From the NCBI GenBank assembly GCA_965279525.1, contig CBDIIB010000004.1:704001-768000 (forward strand): DNA of 64,000 bases, read 5' to 3'. Source of the DNA: Tagaea sp. (GTDB taxonomy: Bacteria; Pseudomonadota; Alphaproteobacteria; CACIAM-22H2). This document shows, in pieces, positions 32,150 through 43,385 of this stretch. The notes beneath the pieces were generated by a model. That model was not told the DNA's origin and ran no database searches. It saw only the letters and a program-made list of their open reading frames with translations. The first letter of the stretch is position 1; every line of letters begins with the position of its first letter. A program made the translations under genes and the position numbers.

Positions 32150-33439
32150 TCAGTCGGCGGCGTGCGGAACGGCGCGTGGCTTGTCGTGGAACTGGTCGGT
32201 TTCGGTCGAGCCCGCCATCGCCGTCGTCGAGGCCTTGCCGGCCGAGATCGCGACCGCGACCGCGTCGAAATAGCCCGTGCCGACTTCGCGCTGGTGGCGC
32301 GTGGCGGTGTAGCCGTGCTTCTCGGCGTCGAACTCGGCCTGCTGGAGTTCCGAATAAGCACCCATGCCGCGCTTGGCATAGCCGCGCGCCAGCTCGTACA
32401 TCGAGTAGTTGAGCGCGTGGAAGCCGGCGAGCGTGACGAACTGGAACTTGTAGCCCATCTCGCCAATCTGCTGCTGGAAGGTCTCGATCGTCTTCGGGTC
32501 GAGCTTCTTGCGCCAGTTGAACGAGGGCGAGCAGTTGTAAGCCAGCATCTTGCCCGGGAACTGGCGGCGCAGCTCGGTCGCGAACTCGCGCGCCTCGCCA
32601 AGGTCCGGCTCCGACGTCTCCCACCACAGCAGGTCCGAGTACGGCGCGTAGGCGAGACCGCGCGCGATCGCGTATTCCACGCCCTTGCCTTCCTTGATGC
32701 GGAAGAAGCCTTCGGGCGTGCGCTCGCCGGTCAGGAACGGGCGGTCGCGCTCGTCCACGTCGGTCGTGATGAGCTGGGCCGAGTGCGCGTCGGTGCGCGC
32801 GAGCAGCACGGTCGGCACGCCTTCGACGTCGGCGGCCAGACGTGCGGCGTTGAGCGTGCGGACATGCTGGCTCATCGGCACCAGCACCTTGCCGCCCAGA
32901 TGGCCGCACTTCTTTTCCGACGCGAGCTGGTCTTCGAAATGGACGCCGGCGGCACCGGCCTCGATCATCGCCTTCATGAGTTCGTAGGCGTTGAGAGCAC
33001 CGCCGAAGCCCGCTTCGGCATCCGCGATGATCGGCGCCATCCAGTGGGTGTCGCCCTTGCCTTCCATCGTCTGGATCTGGTCGGCGCGGCGCAGCGCGTT
33101 GTTGATCCGCTTGACGACGTCGGGAACCGACGAAACCGGATAGAGCGACTGGTCGGGATACATCTGGCCCGCGTTGTTCGCGTCCGCCGCCACCTGCCAG
33201 CCCGACAGGTAGATCGCCTTCAGCCCCGCCTTGACCTGCTGCATGGCCTGGTTGCCCGTCAGCGCGCCCAGCGTGTTCACGTAGGGCTCGGACTGCAGGA
33301 TGTCCCACAGGCGCTCGGCCCCCTTGCGGGCCAGCGTGTGCTCGACGCGGAACGAACCGGCAAGCTTGCGCACGTCCTCGGGCGTGTAGTCGCGCACAAT
33401 GCCGTTCCAGCGGGGATCGGTGTTCCAGGTGGCGCTCAT
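32150..33439 (-). CDS. aceA: isocitrate lyase
   Basis: KKCGHLGGK active-site motif, [30 protein letters not shown]; AAGGAG RBS before ATG 33439. Confidence 0.97.
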   Translation of the reverse strand: MSATWNTDPRWNGIVRDYTPEDVRKLAGSFRVEHTLARKGAERLWDILQSEPYVNTLGALTGNQAMQQVKAGLKAIYLSGWQVAADANNAGQMYPDQSLYPVSSVPDVVKRINNALRRADQIQTMEGKGDTHWMAPIIADAEAGFGGALNAYELMKAMIEAGAAGVHFEDQLASEKKCGHLGGKVLVPMSQHVRTLNAARLAADVEGVPTVLLARTDAHSAQLITTDVDERDRPFLTGERTPEGFFRIKEGKGVEYAIARGLAYAPYSDLLWWETSEPDLGEAREFATELRRQFPGKMLAYNCSPSFNWRKKLDPKTIETFQQQIGEMGYKFQFVTLAGFHALNYSMYELARGYAKRGMGAYSELQQAEFDAEKHGYTATRHQREVGTGYFDAVAVAISAGKASTTAMAGSTETDQFHDKPRAVPHAAD

Positions 33440-33576
33440 GGCAGGCTCCTTCGCGGGGATGAGGGTTCGACCTTTCGGCCTGTAAATATCTTCACGCTGC
33501 GGGCGCGAAGGACGAAGCCTGAAAACCCCGGAAAACCGTAAATACGTCGCCGGATTTGCAAGCCGCTGCGCCGCGG

Positions 33577-33592
33577 TGTAAAGTTTGTAAAT
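33577..33592. promoter_or_regulatory. putative RamB/ScfR operator TGTAAAGTTTGTAAAT (related TGTAAA and TTTGCAA half-sites at 33481 and ~33555)
   Basis: Resembles the TTTGCAAA-type sites reported for RamB/PccR; located in the aceA-regulator divergon. Confidence 0.55.
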
Positions 33593-33611
33593 CACGGCCG
33601 GAGACTGCCCC

Positions 33612-35030
33612 ATGGCGCGCAAGACCCTGCTCGGCAACAAGATCCGCCGCCTGCGCGAGCAGTCCGGCCTCACGCAGGCGCGCATGGCCGAGCAGCTCGG
33701 CATCTCGGCGAGCTACCTCAACCTCATCGAGCACGACCAGCGGCCAGTGACGGTCTCGCTGCTGCTGAAGCTCGGCAAGCAGTTCGATGTCGAACTCACG
33801 GATCTATCCGACGACGACGACCGCAAGCTCGCCGGCGGCCTGCGCGAGGTGTTCTCGGATTCCACCCTCGCCGCGCACGGCGTGACCGGCGACGAGATCA
33901 AGTCGCTGGCGGAAGCCGCCCCCAACGCCGCCAAGGCGATCCTCGAGCTCTACCGCGCCTATCGCCTCGCGCGCGACGACGCGCAGTCGATGACGCTGGG
34001 CCTGCCCAGCGGGACCACGCGCAAGATGGTGCTGCCGGCCGAGGAAGCGCGCGACTTCTTCCACGACAGGACGAACTATTTCGACGAGATCGAGCGCGCG
34101 GCCGAAAAGGTCGTCGCGGAGGCGAACCTGCCGCCGGGCGAGCCGTGGCGCGGCCTCGTCGACTACGCCAAGGGCAAGCACGGCATATCGGTCGACATCG
34201 TCGAACCCGGCCCGCTCGCCGGTGCCGTGCGCCGCTACGACACGCGCACCAAGAAGCTGCAGCTGAGCGAGATCCTGCCGCGCCCGTCGCGGCGCTTCCA
34301 TCTCGCCTACCAGATCGGCCAGCTCGAGGCGCGCAAGCCCGTCGACATGATCCTCGCGACCGCGAAGCTCGCCTCGAAGGAGACCGAGACGCTGGTGCGC
34401 GTGGGCCTCTACAATTATTTCGCCGGTGCCGTGCTGATGCCGTATGCGCCGTATCTGGAAGCAGCGAAGGCGCTGCGCTACGACATCGAGATGCTGAGCC
34501 ACCATTTCGGCACGAGCTTCGAGCAGGCGTGCCATCGCCTGTCCACGCTGCAGCGCCCCGGCGACAAGGGCGTGCCGCTGTGGCTCGTGCGCACCGACAT
34601 CGCGGGCAATGTGTCGAAGCGCTTCTCGGCTGCGGGCTTCCACTTCTCGCGCTTCGGCGGCTCGTGCCCGCGCTGGATCGTGCACGAGGCCTTCACCAGC
34701 CCCGGGCGTATCCTCACGCAGGTGGCCCGCCTTGCCGACGGTGCCACGTTCTTCTGCGTGGCGCGCACGGTGGCGAAATCGGCCGGCGGCTGGCGCGAGC
34801 CGCCGACGACCTATGCGCTGGGCATCGGCTGCGAGATCGGCCAGGCGTCGGAACTCGTCTATGCCGACGGGCTCGATCTGGAAAAGCTCGGCTCGGTCGT
34901 CGAGATCGGCGTGGGCTGCCGGGTGTGCGAACGCGAGAACTGCCGCCAGCGCGCCTACCCGCCGCTGCAGCACCGGCTCGACGTGGACGTCAACGTGAAG
35001 GGCGCGACGGCGTATTCGTTCCGGAAATGA
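33612..35030 (+). CDS. short-chain fatty acyl-CoA regulator (RamB/ScfR/PrpR family, XRE HTH)
   Basis: [35 protein letters not shown]-terminal [12 protein letters not shown] Fe-S motif; divergent from aceA. Confidence 0.92.
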   Translation: MARKTLLGNKIRRLREQSGLTQARMAEQLGISASYLNLIEHDQRPVTVSLLLKLGKQFDVELTDLSDDDDRKLAGGLREVFSDSTLAAHGVTGDEIKSLAEAAPNAAKAILELYRAYRLARDDAQSMTLGLPSGTTRKMVLPAEEARDFFHDRTNYFDEIERAAEKVVAEANLPPGEPWRGLVDYAKGKHGISVDIVEPGPLAGAVRRYDTRTKKLQLSEILPRPSRRFHLAYQIGQLEARKPVDMILATAKLASKETETLVRVGLYNYFAGAVLMPYAPYLEAAKALRYDIEMLSHHFGTSFEQACHRLSTLQRPGDKGVPLWLVRTDIAGNVSKRFSAAGFHFSRFGGSCPRWIVHEAFTSPGRILTQVARLADGATFFCVARTVAKSAGGWREPPTTYALGIGCEIGQASELVYADGLDLEKLGSVVEIGVGCRVCERENCRQRAYPPLQHRLDVDVNVKGATAYSFRK

Positions 35031-35928
35031 GCCCGATGGCGACGGCAAGACCGGCACTGACCACGAGCAGGCCCGCGATCTGGAGCAGGGTCGGAATCTC
35101 GCCGATCGCCGGAATGCCGATCAGGATCGAGATCGCCGGCACGGTCGCCGGGAAAAGCACGGCGCGGCTCACGCCGAGGATCGCGACCGCGCGGCTGTAG
35201 GCGAGCATCGTGAAGATCGCCTGCACGAAGCCCTGCGTCAGTCCCTGGAATGCGAGTGCCGCGAACGGCAGCGACGCGAGATGCTCGAAGCCGCGGATCG
35301 CGAGATAGCCCGGCGCGACGACCGCACCCGACAGCACGCAGACGACCGCCGTCGCGCGCAGCGCATCGAGCCGCCAGACGCGCAGCAGGATCGTGAACGC
35401 GGCCCAGAACAGGCTCGAGGCGAAAAAGAGCAGATCGCCGATCCACGTCGTGTCGCCCTGCCCGCTCTGCGCGATCCCCTGCCAGCTGATCATGACGATC
35501 CCGGCGACGACGACCGCGGCGCCGACGACATGCGCGCGCGTCAGCCGTTCTCCCAGCGTCAACGCCGCGACGAGCGTGCTGACGATCGTCACCGTCGAGG
35601 GTGCGATGACGGCGCCGTGCGCAAGCGGAGCGAAAGCGTAGCCGCCGGTCTGGAGGAGCGCGAATGTCGGACCGCCGGTCAGCAGCAGGGCTATGCCGCG
35701 CGGCCAGCCGATGCCGCCCAGTGTGCGAAATCCCCAGATCGCGACGAAGGGCAGCATGACCGTACCGGCGACGACGAAACGCGCGAAGATCATGTCGTCG
35801 GCGGAAAGCCCGCCGAGGATGCCCGCCCGCGCCGCGGCGAACGCGACCGAAGCGCCGATCGCCATCGCGAAGCCGCACGCATAGCCGAACGCGAGGCTTG
35901 GCGCCTTCCCGGAGCCGGGATCGGTCAT
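34990..35928 (-). CDS. DMT/EamA family transporter
   Basis: About 10 TM segments; APLAHGAVI, IPAIGEIP. Confidence 0.86.
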   Translation of the reverse strand: MTDPGSGKAPSLAFGYACGFAMAIGASVAFAAARAGILGGLSADDMIFARFVVAGTVMLPFVAIWGFRTLGGIGWPRGIALLLTGGPTFALLQTGGYAFAPLAHGAVIAPSTVTIVSTLVAALTLGERLTRAHVVGAAVVVAGIVMISWQGIAQSGQGDTTWIGDLLFFASSLFWAAFTILLRVWRLDALRATAVVCVLSGAVVAPGYLAIRGFEHLASLPFAALAFQGLTQGFVQAIFTMLAYSRAVAILGVSRAVLFPATVPAISILIGIPAIGEIPTLLQIAGLLVVSAGLAVAIGLISGTNTPSRPSR

Positions 35929-35957
35929 CCTCTGGTCCTTTGCACCGGCGTGGCGCG

Positions 35958-35990
35958 AAAAAGGCCCGCCCCGCTTGCGCGGAACGGGCC
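35958..35990 (-). terminator. intrinsic terminator after the aapJ-like gene
   Basis: GC-rich hairpin followed by TTTTT on the minus strand. Confidence 0.65.
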
Positions 35991-36010
35991 CTGTTTCCCG
36001 CCGGTTCCGG

Positions 36011-37039
36011 TCAGCGCAGCGGCAGCGCGTACATCAGGCCGCCCTTGGTCCAAAGATCGTTGACGCCGCGCTCGAGGCCGATCGGCGTCTTCGTGCCGAC
36101 ATTGCGCTCGTAGCTCTCGCCGTAGTTGCCGATGGCCTTGATCACGTTGTAGGCCCACTTCTCGTCGAGCCCGAGCGCCTTGCCGAAGCCGGGCGTCACA
36201 CCCAGCATGCGCTGGATGCCGGGATTGGTCGATTTCAGCATCTCGTCGACATTGGCCTGCGTGACGCCATATTCCTCGGCCTCGATCATCGCGGTCAGCA
36301 CCCACTTCACGACGCCGAACCACTGGTCGTCGCCCTTGCGGACCATCGGCCCGAGGGGCTCCTTCGAGATGCGCTCGGGCAGGATGTAGTGGTCGCCGGG
36401 GACGGCGAGATTCGAGCGGACGGAGGCTAGCCCCGACGCGTCGGTCGTGTAGACGTCGCAGCGGCCGGCCTGGTAGGCAGCGATGTTCTCTTCCAGGCGC
36501 TCGATCACGACGGGCGTGAAGCGCATCCGGTTGGCGCGGAAATAGTCGGCAAGGTTGAGCTCGGTCGTCGTGCCGGGCTGCACGCAGACCGTCGCCCCGT
36601 CGAGTTGCTTGGCGTTCGTGACGTTCATCGAGCGCTTCACGATGAAACCCTGCCCGTCGTAGAAATTCACGCCCGCCATGTGCAGGCCGAGCGTCGTGTC
36701 GCGCAGCAGCGTCTGCGTGGCGTTGCGCGTCAGCACGTCGATCTCGCCCGACTGGAGCGCGACGAAACGCTGCTGGGCCGTGGTCGGCACGAACTTGGCC
36801 TTGGTCGGATCGCCGAGCACCGCGGCCGCGATCGCGCGGCACAACTCGACATCGAGGCCGCGCCATTCGCCCTGCGCGTTGGGGGCCGAGAAGCCCGGCA
36901 GGGCGGTGTTGACGCCGCAGGTCAACACGCCCCGGCTCTTGACCGCGTCGAGCGTGGATGTGCGGGGCGTCTGGGCGTTCGCCGTGGCGGCGAGGCCCAG
37001 CAGCGCCAGCGACGCGATTGCTGTACGGGTAACTTTCAT
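36011..37039 (-). CDS. aapJ: amino acid ABC transporter substrate-binding protein (AapJ/BztA type)
   Basis: LQSGEIDVLTRN, CVQPGTTTELN, ISKEPLGP, GNYGESYERN. Confidence 0.9.
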   Translation of the reverse strand: MKVTRTAIASLALLGLAATANAQTPRTSTLDAVKSRGVLTCGVNTALPGFSAPNAQGEWRGLDVELCRAIAAAVLGDPTKAKFVPTTAQQRFVALQSGEIDVLTRNATQTLLRDTTLGLHMAGVNFYDGQGFIVKRSMNVTNAKQLDGATVCVQPGTTTELNLADYFRANRMRFTPVVIERLEENIAAYQAGRCDVYTTDASGLASVRSNLAVPGDHYILPERISKEPLGPMVRKGDDQWFGVVKWVLTAMIEAEEYGVTQANVDEMLKSTNPGIQRMLGVTPGFGKALGLDEKWAYNVIKAIGNYGESYERNVGTKTPIGLERGVNDLWTKGGLMYALPLR

Positions 37040-37144
37040 GGGGTCCTGTCTCCTGTTCGGGGGCCGGTCGTGTCGAGCCCTTCATTGGCATCAATCATGC
37101 CAACCCGGCCGACGGCGTGCCAGCACGGAGTTCGCGGACGCCGC

Positions 37145-38059
37145 TCACGCGTCGTATTCGAGGCCCCAGTCCTTGAAGAAGTCGCGCTTCTCGTCCCAGC
37201 CGGGTGCCACTTTCACATGCAGGAACAGGTGGATCTGCCGGTCGAGCATCTTGGCGATCTCGGCGCGCGCCATCTCGCCGATCTTCTTGACCTGCGCGCC
37301 CTTGGCGCCGATCACGATCTTGCGCTGGCCTTCGCGCGCGACATAGATCGTCTGCTCGATGCGCGCTGAACCGTCCTTGCGCTCCTCGAACTTGTCGGTC
37401 TCGACGGCGATGGCATAGGGCAGCTCCTGGTGGAGCTGGCGGAATATCTGCTCGCGCGTGGCTTCGGCGGCGAGCAGGCGTGCCGGCAGGTCGGAAATCT
37501 CGTCCTCGGGGTAGAGATAGGGGCCTTCCGGCAGCCGGCCGATCAGCTTGGCCTTCAGCGTGTCGCAGCCGTCGCCGGTCTCGGCCGAGACCATGAAGAT
37601 CTCCGACACCAATCCGGTCGCATCGTAGCGCTTGGCAAGCGTCAGCAACGCCGGCGGATCGAGCAGGTCGATCTTGTTGAGCACGAGGATCGCCTTGGCC
37701 TTGCGACTGCGCAAACCGTCGAGGATCAGTGCTTCATCCTCGTCGTCACCACCGCGCGAGGCCCGCTTGGCGTCGACGACGAACAGCAGCGCGTCGGCAT
37801 CCTGCGCCCCGCGCCAGGCGGCATCCACCATCGCGCGGTCGAGCCGGCGCTTGGGCGCGAACACGCCGGGCAGGTCGAGGAACACGGCCTGCGCGCCGTC
37901 CTCGACCAGGATGCCGGTCACGCGCGTGCGCGTCGTCTGCACCTTGGGCGAGACGATGGCGACCTTGGTGCCCACCAGCCGGTTGACCAGCGTGGATTTG
38001 CCCGCGTTGGGCGCTCCCAGCATCGCGACATAGCCGCAGCGCGTTTTCGTGTCCGTCAT
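37145..38059 (-). CDS. era: GTPase Era
   Basis: GAPNAGKSTL, KVQTTR, NKID, KH domain QELPY. Confidence 0.96.
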   Translation of the reverse strand: MTDTKTRCGYVAMLGAPNAGKSTLVNRLVGTKVAIVSPKVQTTRTRVTGILVEDGAQAVFLDLPGVFAPKRRLDRAMVDAAWRGAQDADALLFVVDAKRASRGGDDEDEALILDGLRSRKAKAILVLNKIDLLDPPALLTLAKRYDATGLVSEIFMVSAETGDGCDTLKAKLIGRLPEGPYLYPEDEISDLPARLLAAEATREQIFRQLHQELPYAIAVETDKFEERKDGSARIEQTIYVAREGQRKIVIGAKGAQVKKIGEMARAEIAKMLDRQIHLFLHVKVAPGWDEKRDFFKDWGLEYDA

Positions 38060-38748
38060 TTCGACTCCAGGCGCGCGAGAAGCGTGGCGGCGGCCGCGCG
38101 CTCGGCCTCGCGTTTTGATGTTCCTTCGGCGGTCGCCGGCAGTTCGCCGTCGACCGCGACCTCGATCGTGAAGCGGGGTGCGTGCGCCAGCCCCTCGCGC
38201 GACAAGGTGCGATAGCGCGGCAGCGCCAGCCCCCGCCCCTGCGCCCATTCCTGCAAGGCAGTCTTCGGCTCGCGCGGCGGGGCGGTCTCGGCGACCGCGA
38301 GCGGCTCGAACAGCCGGCGCACGATCGCGCGCGCGGCGGCAAAACCGCCGTCCATATGCACGGCCGCGACCAGTGCTTCGAACGCGTCGGCAAGCACCGC
38401 CGGATTGTCGCGCCCGCCGCCCTGGTGCTCGCTGGTCGACAGCGTCAGCGCTTCGCCGATGCCCAGCGCACGCGCATGCTCGGCCAGCTGTTCGCCGCGC
38501 ACCAGATAGGCGTGACGCTTGGCAAGGTCGCCCTCTTCCTCGGTCGGGAAGCGTTCGGTCAGAAGCTCGGCGACGACGAGCGACACGACCCGGTCGCCGA
38601 GGAACTCCAGCCGCTCGAAATCCGCTCCCGAGCGCTGCGCGTTGCCGCGCCGCCCGAGCGAGGAATGCGACAGGGCGGCGACGAGCAGTTCGGGATCGGC
38701 GAAGCGATGGCCGAGGGCCGCTTCGAGCTTTGCGTGGGCGGCCTTCAT
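38056..38748 (-). CDS. rnc: ribonuclease III
   Basis: ERLEFLGD signature; dsRBD KTALQEWAQ. Confidence 0.96.
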   Translation of the reverse strand: MKAAHAKLEAALGHRFADPELLVAALSHSSLGRRGNAQRSGADFERLEFLGDRVVSLVVAELLTERFPTEEEGDLAKRHAYLVRGEQLAEHARALGIGEALTLSTSEHQGGGRDNPAVLADAFEALVAAVHMDGGFAAARAIVRRLFEPLAVAETAPPREPKTALQEWAQGRGLALPRYRTLSREGLAHAPRFTIEVAVDGELPATAEGTSKREAERAAAATLLARLESK

Positions 38749-38755
38749 CGGCGGC

Positions 38756-39514
38756 CTATCGGATCGGGTTCAGCAGGCGGCTGTAGCGCGCGGCGGTGAA
38801 CCAGGTCCAGGGCAGCACCAGATTGGCGCTGCCGTCGGTCGAGAAGAACAGGATCTCGGCGCGGCCCACCAGGTTCTCGAACGGCACAAAGCCGACGGCG
38901 TTGGGATCGCGGCTGTCCTGGGAATTGTCGCGGTGGTCGCCCATCGCGAAATAGTGGCCGGGCGGCACGGTGAACTCGGGCGTGTTGTTGTAGTAGCCGT
39001 CCACGTGCATCTTCAGCACGCGATGCTGGCGCCCGCCGGGCAGTGTTTCGACATACTGCGCCACGCGGCGCGAGAAGCCGCCCTCGGTCTCGACGAAATC
39101 CTCGATGCGCTCGACCGCCGCGGCTTCGCCGTTGATGTGCAGGATGCCGCGCGTGACCTGGATGCGGTCGCCCGGCAGGCCGACCAGGCGCTTGATGTAG
39201 TCGGTCTTGCCGTCCTTGGGCAGCTTGAAGACGACCACGTCGCCGCGCTGCGGCTCGCGCGACAAGGCGCGCCCCGGGAAGCGCGTCGTCACATAGCTCG
39301 GCAGCGAGGCGAACGAGTAGCCGTAGGAGAATTTCGACACGAACAGGTAGTCGCCGATCAGCAGCGTGGGCACCATCGAAGCCGACGGGATGTTGAACGG
39401 CTCGAAGGCAAGCGTGCGGATGCCCATCGCGATGATGAACGCGTAGGCGAGCGTCTTGACGACGTCGAGAAATCCGTTCTTCGGCTGGGCTTTTGCGGTC
39501 GGGGGCAGCGACAT
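38756..39514 (-). CDS. lepB: signal peptidase I
   Basis: IPSASMVPTL, DYIKRLVGLPGD, GDHRDNSQDSR. Confidence 0.95.
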   Translation of the reverse strand: MSLPPTAKAQPKNGFLDVVKTLAYAFIIAMGIRTLAFEPFNIPSASMVPTLLIGDYLFVSKFSYGYSFASLPSYVTTRFPGRALSREPQRGDVVVFKLPKDGKTDYIKRLVGLPGDRIQVTRGILHINGEAAAVERIEDFVETEGGFSRRVAQYVETLPGGRQHRVLKMHVDGYYNNTPEFTVPPGHYFAMGDHRDNSQDSRDPNAVGFVPFENLVGRAEILFFSTDGSANLVLPWTWFTAARYSRLLNPIR

Positions 39515-39576
39515 GGTTTTCTTGGGCTTCAGGGTCCGGTTCGGGGCGGGATAAGGCGCTTGGCCGGTGCGGCCTG

Positions 39577-39981
39577 TCAAGTCGCGGCCGGAACCGCGGT
39601 GATGATCACGATGGCCTGCGCGATGGGCGGGTCGTCGGTGAGGCTGACGTCGATCTGGGCGCGCATGCCGGGGGGCAGCATTTTCTCCAGCCGCGCCAGC
39701 GCCCCGCCGGTCAGCCGCATCGTGGGCTTGCCGCCGGGCAGGTTCACCACTTCCATGTCGCGCCAGTAGACCGAATGGCGGAAGCCGGTCCCCAGCGCCT
39801 TGGAGCAGGCTTCCTTGGCCGCGAACCGGCGCGCGTAGCTGGCCGCCCGGTTGGCCCGGCGCTCGGACTTCGCGCGCTCGCCTTCGGTGTAGAGACGGTG
39901 CGTAAAGCGCGTGCCGAACCGTTCGAGCGTCTTCTCGACGCGTCGAATGTCGACGAGATCGGAGCCAAGGCCGAGGATCAT
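39577..39981 (-). CDS. acpS: holo-ACP synthase
   Basis: [34 protein letters not shown]. Confidence 0.95.
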   Translation of the reverse strand: MILGLGSDLVDIRRVEKTLERFGTRFTHRLYTEGERAKSERRANRAASYARRFAAKEACSKALGTGFRHSVYWRDMEVVNLPGGKPTMRLTGGALARLEKMLPPGMRAQIDVSLTDDPPIAQAIVIITAVPAAT

Positions 39982-42251
39982 CCGCGCGCGCGCTCCGCCG
40001 AATTGATGACCGGCGTAGCGCGCAGGGCCGCGATCACGTTGGTCAGGTGCTTGAGGTCGCGCACCTCGATGTCGATGATCATTTCCCAGAACTCGGTCGT
40101 CCGGTTCACGATCTTGAGGTTCGTGATGTTGCCCGCGTTCTTGGCGATGACGGTCGACAGCGAGCCGAGGCTGCCGGACTCGTTGCGCACGACCAGCGCC
40201 ACGCGGCCCACGAAGCCGGCGCCGGAAGCCGCATCCTCGACGTCCCAGCCCACATCGAGCCAGCGCGCGGGCTGGTCGGCGAACTGTTCGAGCGTGTCGC
40301 AGTCGATCGTGTGGACGGTCACGCCGCGGCCCGTGGTGACGATGCCAACGATGCGGTCGCCGGGCAGCGGGTGGCAGCAACCGGCATAGTGGATCGCCAT
40401 GCCCGGGATCAGGCCCTTGATGGGGACATGCGCGTGCGACGACGAGCCGTCCTTGGGCTTCTGCTTGCGCAGCGGCACGACGTTGGCGGGTTTGGGCTGC
40501 TGGCGGCTTTCCGGGAAAAGCGCGCCGATGATCTCGCGCTCGCTGACCTGGCCCGCCCCCACCATCGCGATCAGGTCGTCGACGTCGTCGGCTTTCAGCG
40601 GCTTGACCGCCCCTTCGAGCGACTTGTCGGCATAGTCGTAGCCTTCGGACTTGAAGGCCTTCTGCAGCATCGAGCGGCCGAGATCGAGGAACTGGTGGCG
40701 CTGCTGGGCGCGGATGAAGCGCCGGATGCGCGCGCGCGCCTTGCCCGTCACGACGAAGCGTTCCCAGGTCGGCGACGGGACCTGCGCCTTGGACGTGACG
40801 ATCTCGACCTGGTCGCCGTTCGACAGCGACGTGCGCAGCGGCATCATGCGTCCGTTGATCTTGGCGCCCACGCAATGGTCGCCGACCTCCGAGTGCACGG
40901 CATAGGCGAAATCGACGGGCGTTGCCCCGCGCGGCAGCGCGATGAGGTCGCCCTTCGGCGTGAAGCAGAAGCACTGGTCCTGGTACATCTCGAGCTTGGT
41001 GTGCTCGAGGAATTCCTCGGGGTTCGACGCGTGCTCGAGGATGTCGAGCAGTTCGCGAAGCCAGCGGAACGTGCCCTTGGCGTCGCCCGCCGCCGGGCGC
41101 CCTTCCTTGTACGACCAGTGCGCGGCCACGCCGAACTCGGCGACCTCGTGCATCTCGCGCGTGCGGATCTGGATCTCGATGCGCTGGCGTTCGGGTCCGA
41201 AGATGCCGGTGTGCAGCGAGCGATAGCCGTTGGGCTTCTGGACCGAGATGTAATCCTTGAAGCGCCCGGGCACCACCGGCCAGCGCGAATGGATCGAGCC
41301 CAGCGCGCGGTAGCATTCGGCCGTGTCGGGCACGATGACGCGGAAGGCCATGATGTCGGAGAGCTGCTCGAACGCGACGTTCTTGCGCTGGGTCTTGCGC
41401 CAGATCGAGAACGGCGTCTTTTCGCGCCCCGAGACCTGCGCGTCGATCCCCTCCTCCTTCAGCGCGGCCGCCACCTGGTCGGCGATGCGCGTCACCACGT
41501 CCTGGCCGCGCGAACGCAGGTGCTGGAGGCGCATGACGATCGACTCGCGTGCGTCGGGATTGAGCTCGCCGAACGCGATGTCCTCGAGCTCTTCCTGGAT
41601 GCGACGCATGCCGATGCGCTCGGCGAGCGGCGCATAGATCTCCATCGTCTCGCGCGCGATGCGCTGGCGCTTCTCGATCTTCGGGATGAAATTGAGCGTG
41701 CGCATGTTGTGCAGCCGGTCGGCGAGCTTGACCAGCAGCACGCGGATGTCCTCCGACATCGCGAGCAGCAGCTTGCGGAAATTCTCCGCCTGCTTGGCCT
41801 TGTCGGACTGCGCCTGCAGCTCCAGACGCGAAAGCTTGGTCACGCCGTCGACCAGCCGGGCGATCTCGGGCCCGAACAGGCGCTCGATCTCCTCGATGCT
41901 GGCGAGCGTGTCCTCGACCGTGTCGTGCAGCAGGGCCGTGACGATCGTCGCGGTGTCGAGCCGGTAGCTCGTCAGGATGCCGGCGACTTCGAGCGGATGG
42001 GAGAAATAGGGATCGCCGGAGGCGCGCGTCTGCGCGCCATGCACTTTCAGGGAATAGACGTAGCCGCGATTGATGAGGTCTTCGTCGGCTTCGGGGTCGT
42101 AGGCCTTGACGCGCTCGACCAGTTCGAAGGCCCGCATCATCGGCGGGCGGGCCCGTTTGGGCGCTTCGCCGCCCGCGGCGGTCAGCGGTACCGGAGCGGG
42201 TCCGGCATCCGCCGTCGCTGGAGGGGTGTCGGTGGCGCCGTCGGCGTTCAA
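39978..42251 (-). CDS. spoT: bifunctional (p)ppGpp synthetase/hydrolase (RSH)
   Basis: [36 protein letters not shown] and ACT domains; start uncertain (TTG 42251 or ATG ~42140). Confidence 0.95.
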   Translation of the reverse strand: MNADGATDTPPATADAGPAPVPLTAAGGEAPKRARPPMMRAFELVERVKAYDPEADEDLINRGYVYSLKVHGAQTRASGDPYFSHPLEVAGILTSYRLDTATIVTALLHDTVEDTLASIEEIERLFGPEIARLVDGVTKLSRLELQAQSDKAKQAENFRKLLLAMSEDIRVLLVKLADRLHNMRTLNFIPKIEKRQRIARETMEIYAPLAERIGMRRIQEELEDIAFGELNPDARESIVMRLQHLRSRGQDVVTRIADQVAAALKEEGIDAQVSGREKTPFSIWRKTQRKNVAFEQLSDIMAFRVIVPDTAECYRALGSIHSRWPVVPGRFKDYISVQKPNGYRSLHTGIFGPERQRIEIQIRTREMHEVAEFGVAAHWSYKEGRPAAGDAKGTFRWLRELLDILEHASNPEEFLEHTKLEMYQDQCFCFTPKGDLIALPRGATPVDFAYAVHSEVGDHCVGAKINGRMMPLRTSLSNGDQVEIVTSKAQVPSPTWERFVVTGKARARIRRFIRAQQRHQFLDLGRSMLQKAFKSEGYDYADKSLEGAVKPLKADDVDDLIAMVGAGQVSEREIIGALFPESRQQPKPANVVPLRKQKPKDGSSSHAHVPIKGLIPGMAIHYAGCCHPLPGDRIVGIVTTGRGVTVHTIDCDTLEQFADQPARWLDVGWDVEDAASGAGFVGRVALVVRNESGSLGSLSTVIAKNAGNITNLKIVNRTTEFWEMIIDIEVRDLKHLTNVIAALRATPVINSAERARG

Positions 42252-42269
42252 CCCGGCCCCCGCCCCGCC

Positions 42270-42665
42270 TTACTCTTCGACCGCAGCCGCCGCCGCATCG
42301 CCGCCGGCCAGCTTTTCCTCGGCGTCCTCGATCTCCATCTCGTCCTCGATGCCGTCGAGCGTCGCGTCTTCGGCAACGCCGGCGACATCGCGGTCGGCGG
42401 CGAGCAGTTCCATCGCGTCTTCCTCGGGCTCTTCGCTCTCGACCTGGCGCTGGAGACCCTGGACGAGCGACTGCTTGAGGTTATCGAGGTCGAGGGAATT
42501 GTCGGCGATCTCGCGAAGCGCGATGACCGGGTTCTTGTCGTTGTCCTTCTCCACCGTCAGCGGCGAGCCGGCCTGGATCTCGCGCGCGCGCTGGGCGGCG
42601 AGCATGACGAGCTCGAAGCGGTTGGGGATCTTGACGACGCAATCTTCAACGGTAACGCGGGCCAT
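42270..42665 (-). CDS. rpoZ: RNA polymerase omega subunit
   Basis: MARVTVEDC...NRFELV...[12 protein letters not shown]. Confidence 0.96.
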   Translation of the reverse strand: MARVTVEDCVVKIPNRFELVMLAAQRAREIQAGSPLTVEKDNDKNPVIALREIADNSLDLDNLKQSLVQGLQRQVESEEPEEDAMELLAADRDVAGVAEDATLDGIEDEMEIEDAEEKLAGGDAAAAAVEE

Positions 42666-42770
42666 ACGGTGCTCCGGAGGGAAAGGCGACAGAGTCGCAA
42701 AATGGGCGAAGAATATAGCCCTTGCCGCATCGCAAAACAATCGATTTCGCCGACCGAAAGCCCAATCCGG

Positions 42771-43280
42771 TCAGTTGCTTGCGGGCCGTTCCGCAAGCGG
42801 CCGGCAAATCGTGTCGGCCGGCAGCCGCGCGATCAGTTCCGCGATCGGCGTTCCGTCGGCGGGATGGCGCCAGCCGGGTGCAAGCTCGGCGAGCGGCAGC
42901 AGCACGAAAGCGCGCGTCGCCATGCGCGGGTGCGGCAGCAGCGGGGCCACGTCGTGGCGCACGGCGCCGTCATGGTCGATGAGGTCGAGATCGAGGGCCC
43001 GCGGCGCGTTGGGCACGCTGCGCACGCGGCCGAACGCGCGCTCGACCGCATGCAGCCGCGCCAGCAGCGCCTCCGGATCCAGCCGCGTTTCCAGGCGGAC
43101 GACGGCATTGGCGTACCAGGGCTGGTCGGACGGCTGCGGCCAGGGCGGGCTTTCATAGATGCGCGAGCGTGCGGCAACGCGCAGGCCGGCCGCGTCGAGT
43201 GCTTCCATCGCGGCGACGAGCGTGCGCGCGGGCGGACCGGCTTCGCTTGGCAGGTTGGCGCCGAGTGCGACGAAGATCAT
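42771..43280 (-). CDS. folK: 2-amino-4-hydroxy-6-hydroxymethyldihydropteridine pyrophosphokinase
   Basis: ALGANL, PRALDLDLI, LPHPRMATRAFVL. Confidence 0.94.
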   Translation of the reverse strand: MIFVALGANLPSEAGPPARTLVAAMEALDAAGLRVAARSRIYESPPWPQPSDQPWYANAVVRLETRLDPEALLARLHAVERAFGRVRSVPNAPRALDLDLIDHDGAVRHDVAPLLPHPRMATRAFVLLPLAELAPGWRHPADGTPIAELIARLPADTICRPLAERPASN

Positions 43281-43385
43281 CGACGCACGCCGGCTTGTGC
43301 GGCCCGCGCAAAGGCGATAAGGAACCGGAATTCCATTTTACCGATCGATTGCATCCGGCACGTTATATCCGAAAGGAATTCCACG

